A stretch of 41,368 bases of DNA from a virus (IMGVR_UViG_2660238423_000035), one strand, 5' to 3'. Shown: positions 19,019 through 29,167, numbered from the stretch's first letter. The notes: generated by a model from the sequence alone, not told the origin. A program made the numbers and translations.

Positions 19019-20336
19019 TCTCGATGTCCTCGTCGGTAATGGATGCCCCGATGCCGGTTACGTCAGAATTTTCGCGCAAATCAGTCATAGCGGCTTTCAG
19101 TGTCATCAGACCATCACCCAGCGCCGTACTGATTGCGTTGGTAGTGTTTAACGCCACCGTTGAGCGATCGACATCAGACATTTGCCAGAGCGGGTTAAAC
19201 TCAAACGTGAAATCGTCCGGCAGCGGCTTGCCAAGCTCCGAACGATGCATGATGTCCAGTATCCGCCGCACCGGAAGACGTAAACGCCTCTCCTGTAACG
19301 AGCTTACCCGGTCGTAATAGTTGGCAAGGTCTGCATCACCGGTAGAAAATCCTTTCGGGGACTGTCCGAACAACCTCACCAGTGGGATACCAACAGCGCC
19401 ACTAATCTGTTCTGCAAACTGCGAAAGGATGTCATCCAGACCACTGAAGCTGTACTGATGGGTTTCAAACTTATCCCGCGAGTCCATGAGCGTCATGCCT
19501 TCATTACTCTGGAACTGTCGAATCAGGTCGATATTCTTCAGCAACGCTTCATACGCAGGACCACCAAGTGCGATAAGCTCACGTAGCTTCTCCACGCTGT
19601 AGGTACGCAGATGCGCCTTGTAGACCAGCTGCGCCGCGCCGACAGTAGCGCTGTCGAACGCGGTAAGACGATCCCAGATACGCTCTACAACCGACATTCC
19701 CCATTCGTTCTCGGTCATCTTCTGCTGAAATGGCAGCGTGACGCCATCAAAGCGAATCAGTCGACTGTGATGAATGCGCCAGGCAGGAATTCCCGTTGCT
19801 GTGGTCACCACATCGTAAAACTCAGGTTTACCCAGGTCCGGCCCCATATCTTTAATGCGGCGGGTCAGTACCGGGTCAATCATCCAGCGGTCGAGCGGGA
19901 GAATCCCCTTAAACTTGCCCTTACCGATGGTTTCGGGTCGCAGCGGGGTCATTGGTGCCTGCCCCTCAATCATGATGAAACCCACCGCGCCGCCGTAGAG
20001 GCGCGACCATTTCAGCACGTCATTCAGCGCATCCCAGATTTGCAACTCATCCAGTTGTGATTCGAGAATGCCGCGATCTTTTGCATCAATTTCCGAAGTG
20101 ATGCGAATGCCTTTGCGGGTCATATCATCCGGGATAGCATCGACCGCTTCGCCGATGATCCAGGACGAACGATAGGACCATTCCACCAGCATGCGGTTAC
20201 GACTGGTGAAATTAGCCCGGTAGGTGGATGCTGAGTGCTGGTTAGGTGTCTGCATCCCTACGCGGGCAATAAAATTCTCATAACCATCAGCTGTGGCCTG
20301 CGCAGTTCGCCGCAGGGCTTGTTTGTTTCGTGCCAT
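18870..20336 (-). CDS. Portal protein
   Basis: 488 aa directly downstream of terminase large subunit, start at its stop; acidic C-terminus. Confidence 0.75.
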   Translation of the reverse strand: MARNKQALRRTAQATADGYENFIARVGMQTPNQHSASTYRANFTSRNRMLVEWSYRSSWIIGEAVDAIPDDMTRKGIRITSEIDAKDRGILESQLDELQIWDALNDVLKWSRLYGGAVGFIMIEGQAPMTPLRPETIGKGKFKGILPLDRWMIDPVLTRRIKDMGPDLGKPEFYDVVTTATGIPAWRIHHSRLIRFDGVTLPFQQKMTENEWGMSVVERIWDRLTAFDSATVGAAQLVYKAHLRTYSVEKLRELIALGGPAYEALLKNIDLIRQFQSNEGMTLMDSRDKFETHQYSFSGLDDILSQFAEQISGAVGIPLVRLFGQSPKGFSTGDADLANYYDRVSSLQERRLRLPVRRILDIMHRSELGKPLPDDFTFEFNPLWQMSDVDRSTVALNTTNAISTALGDGLMTLKAAMTDLRENSDVTGIGASITDEDIENAEDEAPPGIGEPDDEPQEPSGGNPLSNQPTQDSAGGRRHRKWSLRWFK

Positions 20337-21958
20337 CAGGCCTGTCTCCCTAGCAGCTCCCAGATGTTCAGGGCTGAATTCATTGGGGCATAGTTGATCA
20401 TCACCGAGTCGGCAAGGTTTGGCGATCGGGTTCCATCAGGCTGTTTATCAATAACTATTTTCCCCACACCATTAATGGAATAGGTCGGCTGCGAAAGCTC
20501 GATGATGAGTTTATCTTTGAGTGCCATGCTACTGCTGATTGAGATGATTTCGTCCGGGTTGTAAGCCATACCTTCAACCACGGCGCGCCAGGTATTCTGA
20601 AAAAGTTTACGTAACCGCCACCAGCTCTGGGCTTTGGCGTTAGCGAAGAAGTCCTTGTTCAGACGTGCGGCTTGCCCGTTGTCCCCGCGAACAGCTTCAT
20701 CATCCGGATCAAATACCGCGCCACTACCTCGAAACGGTGTGGCAAGTATTGACGGTCGACGCGCAGCGTTACGCAGTTCGTTGATAGCGCGTGCATCGCC
20801 GCGAACGCCAGCGCCCAGCCCGTCCTCGTCAAAGCGAAACTCTTCGAGGTTGTCCTGTTCGCAAAAGCCGAAAACCTTCTCGACGGACTGATAAATGTCG
20901 CTGCCCACACCGGACCATTCCCGCACATTTTCCAGGAGGAAGCCATGACGGGTGGAAAAGGCATTTTTGTCCCTGCCTTCGTCGGCGACATCCATCGCGC
21001 CAAGTCGTTTGCCTGTTGGCTGGATACCCAGTTTGATATGCGCATCAACGGCAGCCTGTACCCATTCGGATGGAATCAGGACGCCTTCCGCTGATGCGCT
21101 GTAGTTCAGATCAAGTTCCTGTGCCACCACCACCGGATTATCGATTTTCTCGCATTCCCTGCGATACCACTCTTCATCCTTGCGAGGATCATCCCGCCAG
21201 TGGAATGTGAATACCGGTATCTTCCCGCCATGACGCTTCTGAGCGAACGGGTTAGCCATGCCGTTAACTGAACTCAGGTCGATACGGCAACGCGTCGTTT
21301 GTGACAACGCCGCATCAATCAGCAGAGGACGCTGAAGGAATGCAGCCTCATCAACCAGATAAAGCGTGGTACGGTCACCACGACCAATATTATCGCCAGC
21401 CTCGCCTTTGATAACGGCACCAGTTTCAGGAAACTCAACACGCATATATGGCGCGTGCTTCTTCTCGCTCCACGAACCGCGAAACTCTACAGGCAGTGTT
21501 TCCACGAACTTGCGCGCCTTCCAGAACAATGCTTTCGGGTCACCGGTGCTGTCGACGTATTCCTCTTTACGGGAGCCGAAACCGATAACCATTTCTTTGT
21601 TGAAGAGACAAAGCGAGCAGGCCAGTCCGATCGCGGTCCAACTGAGCCCCATTTCACGGGATTTTTCGGTAATACCATTCTCCCGATTGCCCCAGCGTTC
21701 CATAATCCAGTGGATCCACTCCTCCTGCTTAGGGAAGAGTAAAAACGGAATGGTCACCGGCAGGCCATAATCAATATTACGCGGGTCCGTTGTCATGCCC
21801 CAGTCGATGATGAACTGAGCCGGGTTGGTTCGGTAAAACTGTTTTAGTGCTGGCAATATTTCAGGGTTCTGGCGAATGCGCTGTAAGCGTTCCATCCGCC
21901 ATTCAAAAACCATCTGGTAATCAGGATGTTTAAAATCGAAGGGGAATGGTAACGGCAT
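20336..21958 (-). CDS. Terminase large subunit
   Basis: 540 aa; ATPase N-terminal and nuclease C-terminal regions; follows small terminase. Confidence 0.85.
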   Translation of the reverse strand: MPLPFPFDFKHPDYQMVFEWRMERLQRIRQNPEILPALKQFYRTNPAQFIIDWGMTTDPRNIDYGLPVTIPFLLFPKQEEWIHWIMERWGNRENGITEKSREMGLSWTAIGLACSLCLFNKEMVIGFGSRKEEYVDSTGDPKALFWKARKFVETLPVEFRGSWSEKKHAPYMRVEFPETGAVIKGEAGDNIGRGDRTTLYLVDEAAFLQRPLLIDAALSQTTRCRIDLSSVNGMANPFAQKRHGGKIPVFTFHWRDDPRKDEEWYRRECEKIDNPVVVAQELDLNYSASAEGVLIPSEWVQAAVDAHIKLGIQPTGKRLGAMDVADEGRDKNAFSTRHGFLLENVREWSGVGSDIYQSVEKVFGFCEQDNLEEFRFDEDGLGAGVRGDARAINELRNAARRPSILATPFRGSGAVFDPDDEAVRGDNGQAARLNKDFFANAKAQSWWRLRKLFQNTWRAVVEGMAYNPDEIISISSSMALKDKLIIELSQPTYSINGVGKIVIDKQPDGTRSPNLADSVMINYAPMNSALNIWELLGRQA

Positions 21959-21960
21959 AC

Positions 21961-22533
21961 TTAGCCCATCATTTTTCTATACGCCTCTGCAGCCTGCTCC
22001 GGCGTTAAGTTGGTAATTTCTGTTCTGACTGGTCCTCCATCAGCGCCAGTCACTTCATTTTTGACATTGTCTTTAAACGCCTGAACAGAAACATGACGCC
22101 CAAGCAACTCAAGGTTTTTAACCTTATCAGGCCACTTAATCTTTTTAAGGATCCCGACCATTTCTCTGTCATCTCCTCGCCCCTCAAACATTTCAGCGAG
22201 GTTAAATCCACTCAGGTACCGACGCCACGATTCCGGCCACGCAGACAGAGGCTTAATACTTAAATCGTCCTCCAGGATGTCAGCCACATCGAGCCTGTCG
22301 ATCTCAACCAGTCGCATCAGCACATAATTCGCATCAATGCCCAGTTGATCAATACGCTCCTGCTTTAGCTCGTTAATACGGGCGCGTATCTCAGGTTTAC
22401 CGTATAGTTCAGCCCCCGTAACATGTGCTCGCCTGGAGGCGTAGCCTGCGCGAATAGCTGCTTGTGTAGCATTCAGATCGACAAGAAACTCGCGACAAAA
22501 CACCTCGTGTTTTGCTTTCAGCTTCTTAGTCAT
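21961..22533 (-). CDS. Terminase small subunit
   Basis: 190 aa; N-terminal ...[23 protein letters not shown]... typical of P27-type small terminases. Confidence 0.75.
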   Translation of the reverse strand: MTKKLKAKHEVFCREFLVDLNATQAAIRAGYASRRAHVTGAELYGKPEIRARINELKQERIDQLGIDANYVLMRLVEIDRLDVADILEDDLSIKPLSAWPESWRRYLSGFNLAEMFEGRGDDREMVGILKKIKWPDKVKNLELLGRHVSVQAFKDNVKNEVTGADGGPVRTEITNLTPEQAAEAYRKMMG

Positions 22534-22594
22534 TTTATTTTCCAGTTATCAGGTCATTATCGAAGCCCCTCCAGGAAGAGCTTCTGTAATGCTA

Positions 22595-23119
22595 TTACCG
22601 GGACTGTTCTATTTGTCGGACACCAGCCAACTGGTTATTCGCCTTCTCGATGGCTGCCAACAATGGGTTAATCCACAGAACAGCCTGGCAATATGTCAAC
22701 GTTCTGGTGGTAGTGGCACGATCACCGGCTGAGTCAATGTCCCCGGAATCGGCGTGCAATGCGCTGGCGCGTAAACGGTTCGCGTAGTTGAGCAACCCGA
22801 CAGCAATATCAACAGGAACAGGGAAATCACAGTTCTTTTCACGGAGCAGAACCTCACGGTATTTGATGACTGTCTTCTCGTGATCGATGTCGACCAGAGA
22901 ATTTAATCGGCTTGCGTTTTCTGCTATCTGGTTAAAACGATTGAAGTTTAATGCCTGATTAGCTATCACTTTCCCTTGATATTCAGCTTCACCTTCCGCT
23001 TTATCAGCCCGCAACTTTTCTGCCTGATACTTGCTGTGGTAATGGTTTGCAGACCAGACGAGCGCCCCAAAGACAGAGAAGAAAAATGCCGCGATGACAA
23101 TCTTATAAGTCAGCTTCAT
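22595..23119 (-). CDS. Spanin, inner-membrane subunit (Rz-like lysis protein)
   Basis: 174 aa with N-terminal transmembrane segment (…IVIAAFFFSVFGALVWSANHY…, compare lambda Rz …WAVNHY…) and coiled-coil periplasmic region; overlaps endolysin stop. Confidence 0.6.
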   Translation of the reverse strand: MKLTYKIVIAAFFFSVFGALVWSANHYHSKYQAEKLRADKAEGEAEYQGKVIANQALNFNRFNQIAENASRLNSLVDIDHEKTVIKYREVLLREKNCDFPVPVDIAVGLLNYANRLRASALHADSGDIDSAGDRATTTRTLTYCQAVLWINPLLAAIEKANNQLAGVRQIEQSR

Positions 23120-23579
23120 TTACCACCCCACCAGCATCTTTAAACCTGGAAATCAGGTCACCGATTTTATGTTCATACTGACCGTAACCTGCACCAGGTA
23201 ACGACGCCCAGATATTGCTGCAACGGTCGATTGCCTGACGAATATCTCCACGGTCAATCATCGGTAAAGCGCCACGCTCTTTAATCTGCTGCAGCGCCAC
23301 AGCATCCTGACTTTCTGGCGAAAAATCTTTCAGGCCAAGCTGCTTGCGGTAGGCATCCCACCAGCGTGAAAGAAGCTGATACCGGCCTGCAGCTGTTGAT
23401 TTAAGCTTCGGGTTGAGCGTGACAAGTTTGCGAGGGTGATCGGAGTAATCAGTGAACAACTCACCTCCGACGATAACGTCATAACCGTGATTACGTGTCG
23501 GTTGTCGCCCGTTATCCGTTCCTTCTGACCATGCCACCATATCCAGGAAAGCTTTACGTTGGGAATTTAGTGTCTGCAT
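23103..23579 (-). CDS. Endolysin, lambda R-like lytic transglycosylase
   Basis: 158 aa; long stretches identical in pattern to lambda R (…QRKAFLDM.AWSEGTDNGRQ.TRNHGYDVIVGGELFTDYSDHPRKLVTLNPKLKST.AGRYQLLSRWWDAYRKQLGLKDFSP.SQDAVALQQIKERGALPMIDRGDIRQAIDRCSNIWASLPGAGYGQ…). Confidence 0.9.
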   Translation of the reverse strand: MQTLNSQRKAFLDMVAWSEGTDNGRQPTRNHGYDVIVGGELFTDYSDHPRKLVTLNPKLKSTAAGRYQLLSRWWDAYRKQLGLKDFSPESQDAVALQQIKERGALPMIDRGDIRQAIDRCSNIWASLPGAGYGQYEHKIGDLISRFKDAGGVVNEADL

Positions 23580-23582
23580 GAA

Positions 23583-23924
23583 TTACTCCTTAGAGCCACC
23601 AAACTTGTTACCGATTACTCGCATTGCAGCCCCACGAATAGCATCGACACCGATCAGCCCAACACCACCACCAATGGCAACAGAAAGCGATTTAGGCCAT
23701 CCAACATACTCAAGAGCGGATGCAAAGGTCAGCGTCAGAGCACCACAGAGCAAAATCTCAAGCGTTTTTCGTTTCCAGCCGCCGCCACCGCCAAAATAGG
23801 CAATGCGCAAACCAGCCATAACAATTGACATAACCACTGCGCCCAACGGCGTATCTCCACGCCACCAACTTTGTAAGAGTTCCAGTAAGTCAGGCCAGGA
23901 ATGAGGAGCATTGTGCATTTTCAT
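23583..23924 (-). CDS. Holin (class I, three transmembrane segments) with Met-Lys-Met dual-start motif
   Basis: 114 aa from MKMHNAPHSW... preceded by GGAGGTGG RBS; three hydrophobic helices; ORF track extends 6 codons upstream to 23942. Confidence 0.7.
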   Translation of the reverse strand: MKMHNAPHSWPDLLELLQSWWRGDTPLGAVVMSIVMAGLRIAYFGGGGGWKRKTLEILLCGALTLTFASALEYVGWPKSLSVAIGGGVGLIGVDAIRGAAMRVIGNKFGGSKE

Positions 23925-24023
23925 ACTTCCCACCTCCGCCATTACGGGGTGTTGTTGAAAGGCGGGCCCTGCGTATACGCCCGTAGGATTGGGTTATGAG
24001 CCGTCCTTCGGTGGGCCCTGAAT

Positions 24024-24050
24024 ACAAAAAAAGTTCGCCATAGCGAACCT
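24024..24050 (-). terminator. Intrinsic terminator (minus strand) in Q-holin intergenic region
   Basis: Minus-strand GTTCGC-TATG-GCGAAC hairpin followed by TTTTTTT. Confidence 0.5.
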
Positions 24051-24276
24051 TGTTAAATTTGTTAAAAAAGGAAGTTATTTAACATAATGTACGTTATAGG
24101 AACCACACGATCCCCGCTCGCAATAGATTTGCGATGAAAGGCCTATTTAATCAACTTAAGTGGTTCAAAATGACGAAATTCGAGTGAATAAAAGGTGCAT
24201 AAAAAAGGGCAAAAACTGCATAGCGTTTTTTCGCGACGAAAACCCTGTTTTATTAACTTTTACTGAGAATAGAGCA

Positions 24277-24303
24277 TTAAAAAAGGCCCCCTTGCGGGAG
24301 CCT
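24277..24303 (-). terminator. Intrinsic terminator (minus strand), candidate tR'-like terminator downstream of Q
   Basis: Minus-strand GGCUCCC-GCAA-GGGGGCC hairpin (7 bp with one G-U pair, GNRA-type loop) followed by TTTTTT. Confidence 0.6.
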
Positions 24304-24456
24304 CTTCGTGATGAACTGTTTTCAACAGATATCAGGCTAATCGGCTTTTTGGAATTCCACAACTATTTTTTATCTTACCTTGATACCTGAAGCCGTCAGG
24401 TGTTTACGGCAATCCTGAATACCATCTGATTCCCTTACGTGATTGATTACTGGATA

Positions 24457-24879
24457 TTATGCCGCCGGGCAGCTCCTTCGCAAAGTCCTGATAGCCTTAG
24501 GCTTTGACTGAACTGCTTGATCCATTTCCAGAACCACGTCCAGCATAGCCAGGCAGCCGTCGATAAATCCCTCTGCAGCCTGGAGCCTCTTCAGAACTTG
24601 AGTGTGTGATACGCCGAGCTTCACACCCATAGCCCTCACAGGCATCGCCTGGATGTAATGCCACTCAAGGAGCGTACACAGGTACGGATCTTTTTTCTTC
24701 AGGCAGTTCATAGCAGAGCTGATGATCAGACCGTCATTGTCACTGCACTTCAGCCGCCCGGCTTGCGTTGCAGGTAGCAGATTCTTAAATCCAGCGGAAA
24801 CAGGTGGATAGTAGACACTGCAACCTTCGCTCGCAGCCCAGCCCCCCCATCGCTCTAAAACCAGTCGAATATCACGCAT
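24457..24879 (-). CDS. Late-gene antitermination protein Q (phage 82/21-type family)
   Basis: 140 aa; N-terminus MRDIRLVLERWGGWAA... and Cys-rich core match the lambdoid Q antiterminator family pattern; located just upstream of lysis genes. Confidence 0.75.
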   Translation of the reverse strand: MRDIRLVLERWGGWAASEGCSVYYPPVSAGFKNLLPATQAGRLKCSDNDGLIISSAMNCLKKKDPYLCTLLEWHYIQAMPVRAMGVKLGVSHTQVLKRLQAAEGFIDGCLAMLDVVLEMDQAVQSKPKAIRTLRRSCPAA

Positions 24880-24904
24880 AGCTCTGACCTCTACGTTTTG
24901 CTAC

Positions 24905-25195
24905 TTACCGTTCATCTTTCATTTTGAGGTTAGAAAGATGTTTAAGCCGCTGGCAATACGCTTTCCAGTAAGCCTCAGAGTGCATCGGGTGCTCGATATC
25001 GCTATACAGCCATACACAGTCGTCGCGCTGAGTTACCGGCGGTGGCGCCAACACATCTCGAGTGGCCTGCGTTAGTGCTCTTTTGAAGAAAAAAGCCTCC
25101 CCTAAGGGCTGGTAGTCTCTGTTGAATGCTTCCCAAGCCCCCTCAGCTGTTTTGCGGATACCGTAAGGCATACATTGGCGGAATATCTTTGACAT
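24905..25195 (-). CDS. Hypothetical protein (96 aa), nin-region-like position
   Basis: ORF between origin-like repeats and Q. Confidence 0.45.
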   Translation of the reverse strand: MSKIFRQCMPYGIRKTAEGAWEAFNRDYQPLGEAFFFKRALTQATRDVLAPPPVTQRDDCVWLYSDIEHPMHSEAYWKAYCQRLKHLSNLKMKDER

Positions 25196-25244
25196 CGTCG
25201 TATCCTCATTTAGTTATTTGCTAATTTTTTCAAGTTAATTTCCG

Positions 25245-25507
25245 GGTGACGGCTAGGTGACGCGTAATTACATATCCGTCACCTGCTGCAAAGCGCGCCA
25301 TATAAGGCCTGAAGATGTTTTAGGTGACAGGTGACGGTTGATTTTAGTTCTCTATATATAAGCGATCGTATAATACCTAAAATACACACTCTCGCGTATA
25401 TAGTTTTAAATTCTGCCGTCACCTGTCACCTTTAGCACATTTCCCATTGTTTTATATATACTTTTTAAGGTGACGCTTAAGCGTTTTGCCGTCACCTAGC
25501 CGTCACC
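25245..25507. repeat. Iteron array: about ten copies of GGTGAC(G)/(C)GTCACC in both orientations with AT-rich spacers; putative replication origin
   Basis: Copies read at approx. 25245, 25256, 25277, 25323, 25330, 25417, 25425, 25469, 25491, 25502; AT-rich tracts at about 25350-25415 and 25450-25466; directly 3' of the primase-polymerase gene. Confidence 0.55.
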
Positions 25508-25510
25508 TTT

Positions 25511-27772
25511 TTACAATCCAGATTGCAAAATTTCGCAAGATTTATATATTTCGCGCAATTCTTCGTTGCTGAAATCGTTATTTTTTACAAGAATCCAAAT
25601 CCTATATACAAACCCGTCAATTTTTACGCGTACGGGTTCCCGCTTTGTTCTTTCTTTCAAAATGCGAGTAATATGCTTCTGGTTAATTTCTACATCCATT
25701 CCTGCTTCTGCCAGTATTGCGTTAACAATTTGTTGATAAGTCATTGCTGGCACAGGCGGATTATCCAGGATTTCAATAAGAGCAGCCTCCACATCGCTCT
25801 TATTGCTTTCAATCATCAGAAGGCGTTCTTTCGTCTCGGGGGCGCGCTGCCAGTTAAAGCGAGACAGGTCAACGCCCATCAGATACCAGTACACCTGGGC
25901 GATAAAGTCGCTGTCGCTTAGCGCACCGTACAGGCTGGCGTAATGCTCTTCAGTTGCGGCGAAGTCAGGGCCCCCCAGCACAGCGATACGTCGGTCTTCC
26001 TCTGGCAGCGCCAGCGCATCAAAGTGGTTGGTGTAGAACAGAAAGCCGGTGTATATATCCATCGTTTTTTTGCTGCCATATTTGCGGTTCACTTCAAACC
26101 GTGGTTCTGTCAGCACGTCACGGATCTTATCGTTCACCTCATACCGCTTATCATTTTCGCGCACCTCGTCAATGGTGCATAGAAGCGTATTGTACAGATA
26201 GTCATGGAACTGGTTATCGCACAGGATCTTCATGCGAGTACGAGCACAGTTCCACGGACCAAGCACGCGCTCCATTAACTGGCTGACCCATCCTCTGCCC
26301 GTACCATGTGCGGTAGCCACATGCAGAATAGAAATCGGGCATCGACGCTCCGGACGCTGAACCATCCACCCCAGACGGGCGATGAAAAACTCGCGCTGCC
26401 AGGCATCAGGTACCAGATACGCCATATGATTAAGGAACGTGGACACCTTACTTGTATCCGCTGTACGTGGATGCTCAGGCATATAAAATTCGTTTATCTC
26501 AAACCGCCCGTCGAAACGCTCGATAATACGTCCCGCACCGGGCTTATAGCCTGTCGTCTCAGCAATCTTCTTATGCCGATGCTCTATCCACCGTTTGGTT
26601 GCGGGAGTTGGTTGCCCTTTCCCTTCTGGCGGGAACTGGTAAGGCGCCATCAGGTTTTTGAACGACTTCATATCCATCATGCACTGATATGGCGGTCGGC
26701 TAAGATCACATACCTGGTCACCCTCGATGACGTAGATAAAGCGTTCCAGAAAATGAGCTGTCATATCTGTATTAATATCGGTAAATTCAGGCTTATCGCC
26801 ATCTTCAACCACCGTGAGATCTTCGAACAGGGATTGCGTATAGCCGTAGCCTTCCAGCCAGTCGGCATCAGTAAGCCCCGCATCGGTGTTGTGCATGCTT
26901 TTAAAATGTCCCTGTTCAAATCCCCCCGTCCCTTTTGGGAAATACTTAATGGATGTTTCGCTGCAACCGTTGCTGTATTCTGACTCATCCCGAAACGGTT
27001 TCAGATTGCGGGAACCATCAGAGCTGACTGACAGAGTCCACCCGTTCGCGTCAAGCCAGTCGGCGACATCATCTGTCGCGGAAGGATCAACACAGGAAAG
27101 ATCACGCTGACGTCCTGCACCTGCGGTATAGCTGTCTTTCACGGGTAAGTTATCCGCCAGACGCTGCCACAGGCTTTCGAGCTGTTCAGATGTAATTTTC
27201 AGAGGTTCGCCGGGCAGACCGCAGTCCCACTGAATACGTTCGCCTGCCGGATGGGTACCACAAGCCACAAACTGCTGGCCCTTAGCGAGCAGCTCTATTT
27301 GTTTGTTTTCGCCTTCCAGGCGGTGACCACGTTTACGGTAGTCGCCATCAACAGCAATCAGGTACAGGCATTTATGACTGTCAGCCCGCCAGCGACGTGG
27401 CGGAAGTTCCCCCAGGCATGACAGGATAATATTGCGTACGATCTCCTGCATCCCGGCGTCATTGATATCGCAGTCCAGAGCCACCACCCCGTCGCCAGTA
27501 CGAACGCAAATACCGTAATCGGGTTCGTTCGACCACCGGGCAAAATCGTTTTCCGTAACAACATAGTTAGCCCAGTCGGGGATACCAACAACCTTACGTT
27601 GGCCATTGTAGCGACTGGGGGTTTTGCCGAAATTATGAGACAGCTTGCTATTAGGCGACAGTTCTGCACAGGGATTGGACACCACAGGTAAAAGCCTGTC
27701 TGTCATCCCCAACACCAGATCGAAGTGGAACCACTCATCGGGCGTAGCTCCCCATGGTTTGTTATCAGACAT
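25511..27772 (-). CDS. Replication protein with N-terminal primase-polymerase (prim-pol) domain
   Basis: 753 aa; acidic DxD-type motif …GVVALDCDINDAG… in N-terminal region typical of bifunctional primase/polymerase domains; no clear Walker A motif was found in the C-terminal half, so helicase activity is not asserted. Confidence 0.65.
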   Translation of the reverse strand: MSDNKPWGATPDEWFHFDLVLGMTDRLLPVVSNPCAELSPNSKLSHNFGKTPSRYNGQRKVVGIPDWANYVVTENDFARWSNEPDYGICVRTGDGVVALDCDINDAGMQEIVRNIILSCLGELPPRRWRADSHKCLYLIAVDGDYRKRGHRLEGENKQIELLAKGQQFVACGTHPAGERIQWDCGLPGEPLKITSEQLESLWQRLADNLPVKDSYTAGAGRQRDLSCVDPSATDDVADWLDANGWTLSVSSDGSRNLKPFRDESEYSNGCSETSIKYFPKGTGGFEQGHFKSMHNTDAGLTDADWLEGYGYTQSLFEDLTVVEDGDKPEFTDINTDMTAHFLERFIYVIEGDQVCDLSRPPYQCMMDMKSFKNLMAPYQFPPEGKGQPTPATKRWIEHRHKKIAETTGYKPGAGRIIERFDGRFEINEFYMPEHPRTADTSKVSTFLNHMAYLVPDAWQREFFIARLGWMVQRPERRCPISILHVATAHGTGRGWVSQLMERVLGPWNCARTRMKILCDNQFHDYLYNTLLCTIDEVRENDKRYEVNDKIRDVLTEPRFEVNRKYGSKKTMDIYTGFLFYTNHFDALALPEEDRRIAVLGGPDFAATEEHYASLYGALSDSDFIAQVYWYLMGVDLSRFNWQRAPETKERLLMIESNKSDVEAALIEILDNPPVPAMTYQQIVNAILAEAGMDVEINQKHITRILKERTKREPVRVKIDGFVYRIWILVKNNDFSNEELREIYKSCEILQSGL

Positions 27773-27775
27773 GGG

Positions 27776-27976
27776 TTACGCCTTTTGTCTAGCTGTCACT
27801 TCCTGAAAAAGCTTTTCTATCGCACGTACTGTAGAAAAGCGAGGGTCAGAATGAACCCCGGTGAGAAGCCGACTAATAGAAGACTGCTTCACGCCTGCAA
27901 TTTCGGCAATTTGGTTTTGGGTATACCCTGAATCAATCAAGCTTTTGACCATCTCTTGTGGTGTTAGTCCGGACAT
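27776..27976 (-). CDS. Cro-like HTH transcriptional regulator
   Basis: 66 aa, HTH …TQNQIAEIAGVKQSSISRLL…, divergent from cI-like repressor, first gene of the minus-strand early operon. Confidence 0.7.
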   Translation of the reverse strand: MSGLTPQEMVKSLIDSGYTQNQIAEIAGVKQSSISRLLTGVHSDPRFSTVRAIEKLFQEVTARQKA

Positions 27977-28117
27977 ATTTAAGTCTCCACTTTCGTCTAT
28001 AGCGCAAATTTATACGAAAACGGATTATTCAGCAATACGGCAATTCTATATCATCCTGGATTAAAATATCCGATAACGCATAATCACCGTCCCTGTATAC
28101 AACATGGATGAATCCAA
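27977..28117. promoter_or_regulatory. Divergent cI/cro promoter-operator region
   Basis: 140-bp gap between divergent repressor genes; TATAAA -10-like element for the cro direction; palindromic GGATTAAAATATCC element; exact operators not resolved. Confidence 0.5.
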
Positions 28118-28792
28118 ATGATTGATACTACCGATATCCTTTCTCAAAACATCAAGTACCTGATGGACAAAGCCAAGATAAGCTCGATAACTGAGCTGGC
28201 ACGTCGGTTACAACTGAACCAACCAACGCTACACAGGCTGGTATCAGGAGAGGTGAAAGATCCGAAATACGCAACGTTAAAGCAGATCGCCGACTACTTC
28301 CACGTGTCACCAATAGACCTGGCAGAAAGGAGCCTTCAAGAAATGGAGAAAGAGGACGCGACAGGTATAAAAACGTATATTTCTCTTAGGTTTAATAAAG
28401 TACCTGTTTTGGGAAACACTCAGCTAGGCGTTGGAGGACTTTGGAGCGACACCCAATATTCAGTAGGTAGCAGTGATGGTTTCATATACTGGCCGACAAA
28501 GGATGAAGATGCATACGCCCTGAAATGTGTTGGTGATTCAATGATGCCTAGAATCAAAGAGGGTGAGTTCGTAATCGTCGAACCCAACCACGACTACACT
28601 CCTGGTGATGAAGTACTTGTGGTTACCCGGGACGGTGAGGTCATGGTTAAAACCTTCTTGTTCGAACGCGATGGCCTGTTCCATCTAATGTCTGTAAATG
28701 AAGATCATCCACCAGTCAGAGTACCACGCGAAAACATTGAAAAAATCCATTACGTGGCGGGGATCGCCAAATCCGCGCTACGCATGTACTAA
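28118..28792 (+). CDS. CI-like repressor (HTH plus LexA/S24 autopeptidase domain)
   Basis: 224 aa; N-terminal HTH; C-terminal S24 signature …CVGDSMMPRI… (Ser) and …VMVKTF… (Lys). Confidence 0.9.
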   Translation: MIDTTDILSQNIKYLMDKAKISSITELARRLQLNQPTLHRLVSGEVKDPKYATLKQIADYFHVSPIDLAERSLQEMEKEDATGIKTYISLRFNKVPVLGNTQLGVGGLWSDTQYSVGSSDGFIYWPTKDEDAYALKCVGDSMMPRIKEGEFVIVEPNHDYTPGDEVLVVTRDGEVMVKTFLFERDGLFHLMSVNEDHPPVRVPRENIEKIHYVAGIAKSALRMY

Positions 28793-28823
28793 CCTTTACA
28801 GTCTGATAACTTACTTCTGATCA

Positions 28824-28856
28824 AACCGCTCTCCACAAGGGCGGTTTTCTTATTTG
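28824..28856 (+). terminator. Intrinsic terminator after repressor gene
   Basis: AAACCGC…GCGGTTT hairpin followed by TCTTATTT, about 30 nt after cI stop. Confidence 0.5.
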
Positions 28857-28876
28857 CAAAATAATTCATTTTCGTA

Positions 28877-28905
28877 TTGACACAAAATCCCATAACGCAT
28901 ATAAA
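28877..28905 (+). promoter_or_regulatory. Near-consensus sigma70 promoter (plus strand) of unknown target
   Basis: TTGACA - 17 bp - TATAAA read at approx. 28877-28905; downstream transcript would be antisense to the 3' region of the 189-aa gene. Confidence 0.5.
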
Positions 28906-29167
28906 TACGATATCGCATAATTAATGCGTTTTTTAATACCAGCTCTTTAACAAACTGAACCGCGTGACAGGTAAGCCGCAGTACTCCTGGCAAAATGAAA
29001 TGGCACCCGATGGGATCGAGGTAAGCGCCGAGTCCGTATGCGTACGGTAAGCGTAGAGGACAACACCGCGACGAACTGATAAGTCACGCAAGTTGAAACG
29101 CCCCGACGATGGGGCGCTTAGTTCCTTTAACTCTGGGTGGCCGGAAGGGTACCCATGCTTAAAGAAA

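Noticed and set aside
23943-24456. Toxin or tRNA cargo between Q and the holin, as in Stx-converting phages
   Set aside because: The interval is only about 500 bp, contains no ORF with a plausible start and RBS, and no cloverleaf-like tRNA sequence was recognised by eye; the two ORF-track entries here (24160-24390 plus, 24165-24362 minus) span terminator hairpins and look spurious.
25511-27772. Calling the 753-aa replication protein a primase-helicase fusion
   Set aside because: I could recognise the N-terminal prim-pol acidic motif but could not find a convincing Walker A P-loop in the C-terminal half by eye, so helicase activity is not asserted.
28960-29120. Possible retron-like or other structured ncRNA (flanking inverted repeat GCGTGAC/GTCACGC with internal hairpins and GGTAAGCG-like repeats)
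   Set aside because: No reverse transcriptase gene anywhere nearby, and the repeats are irregularly spaced, so retron and type III toxin-antitoxin arrays do not fit. Kept only as an unexplained structured region within the finding on the 189-aa gene.
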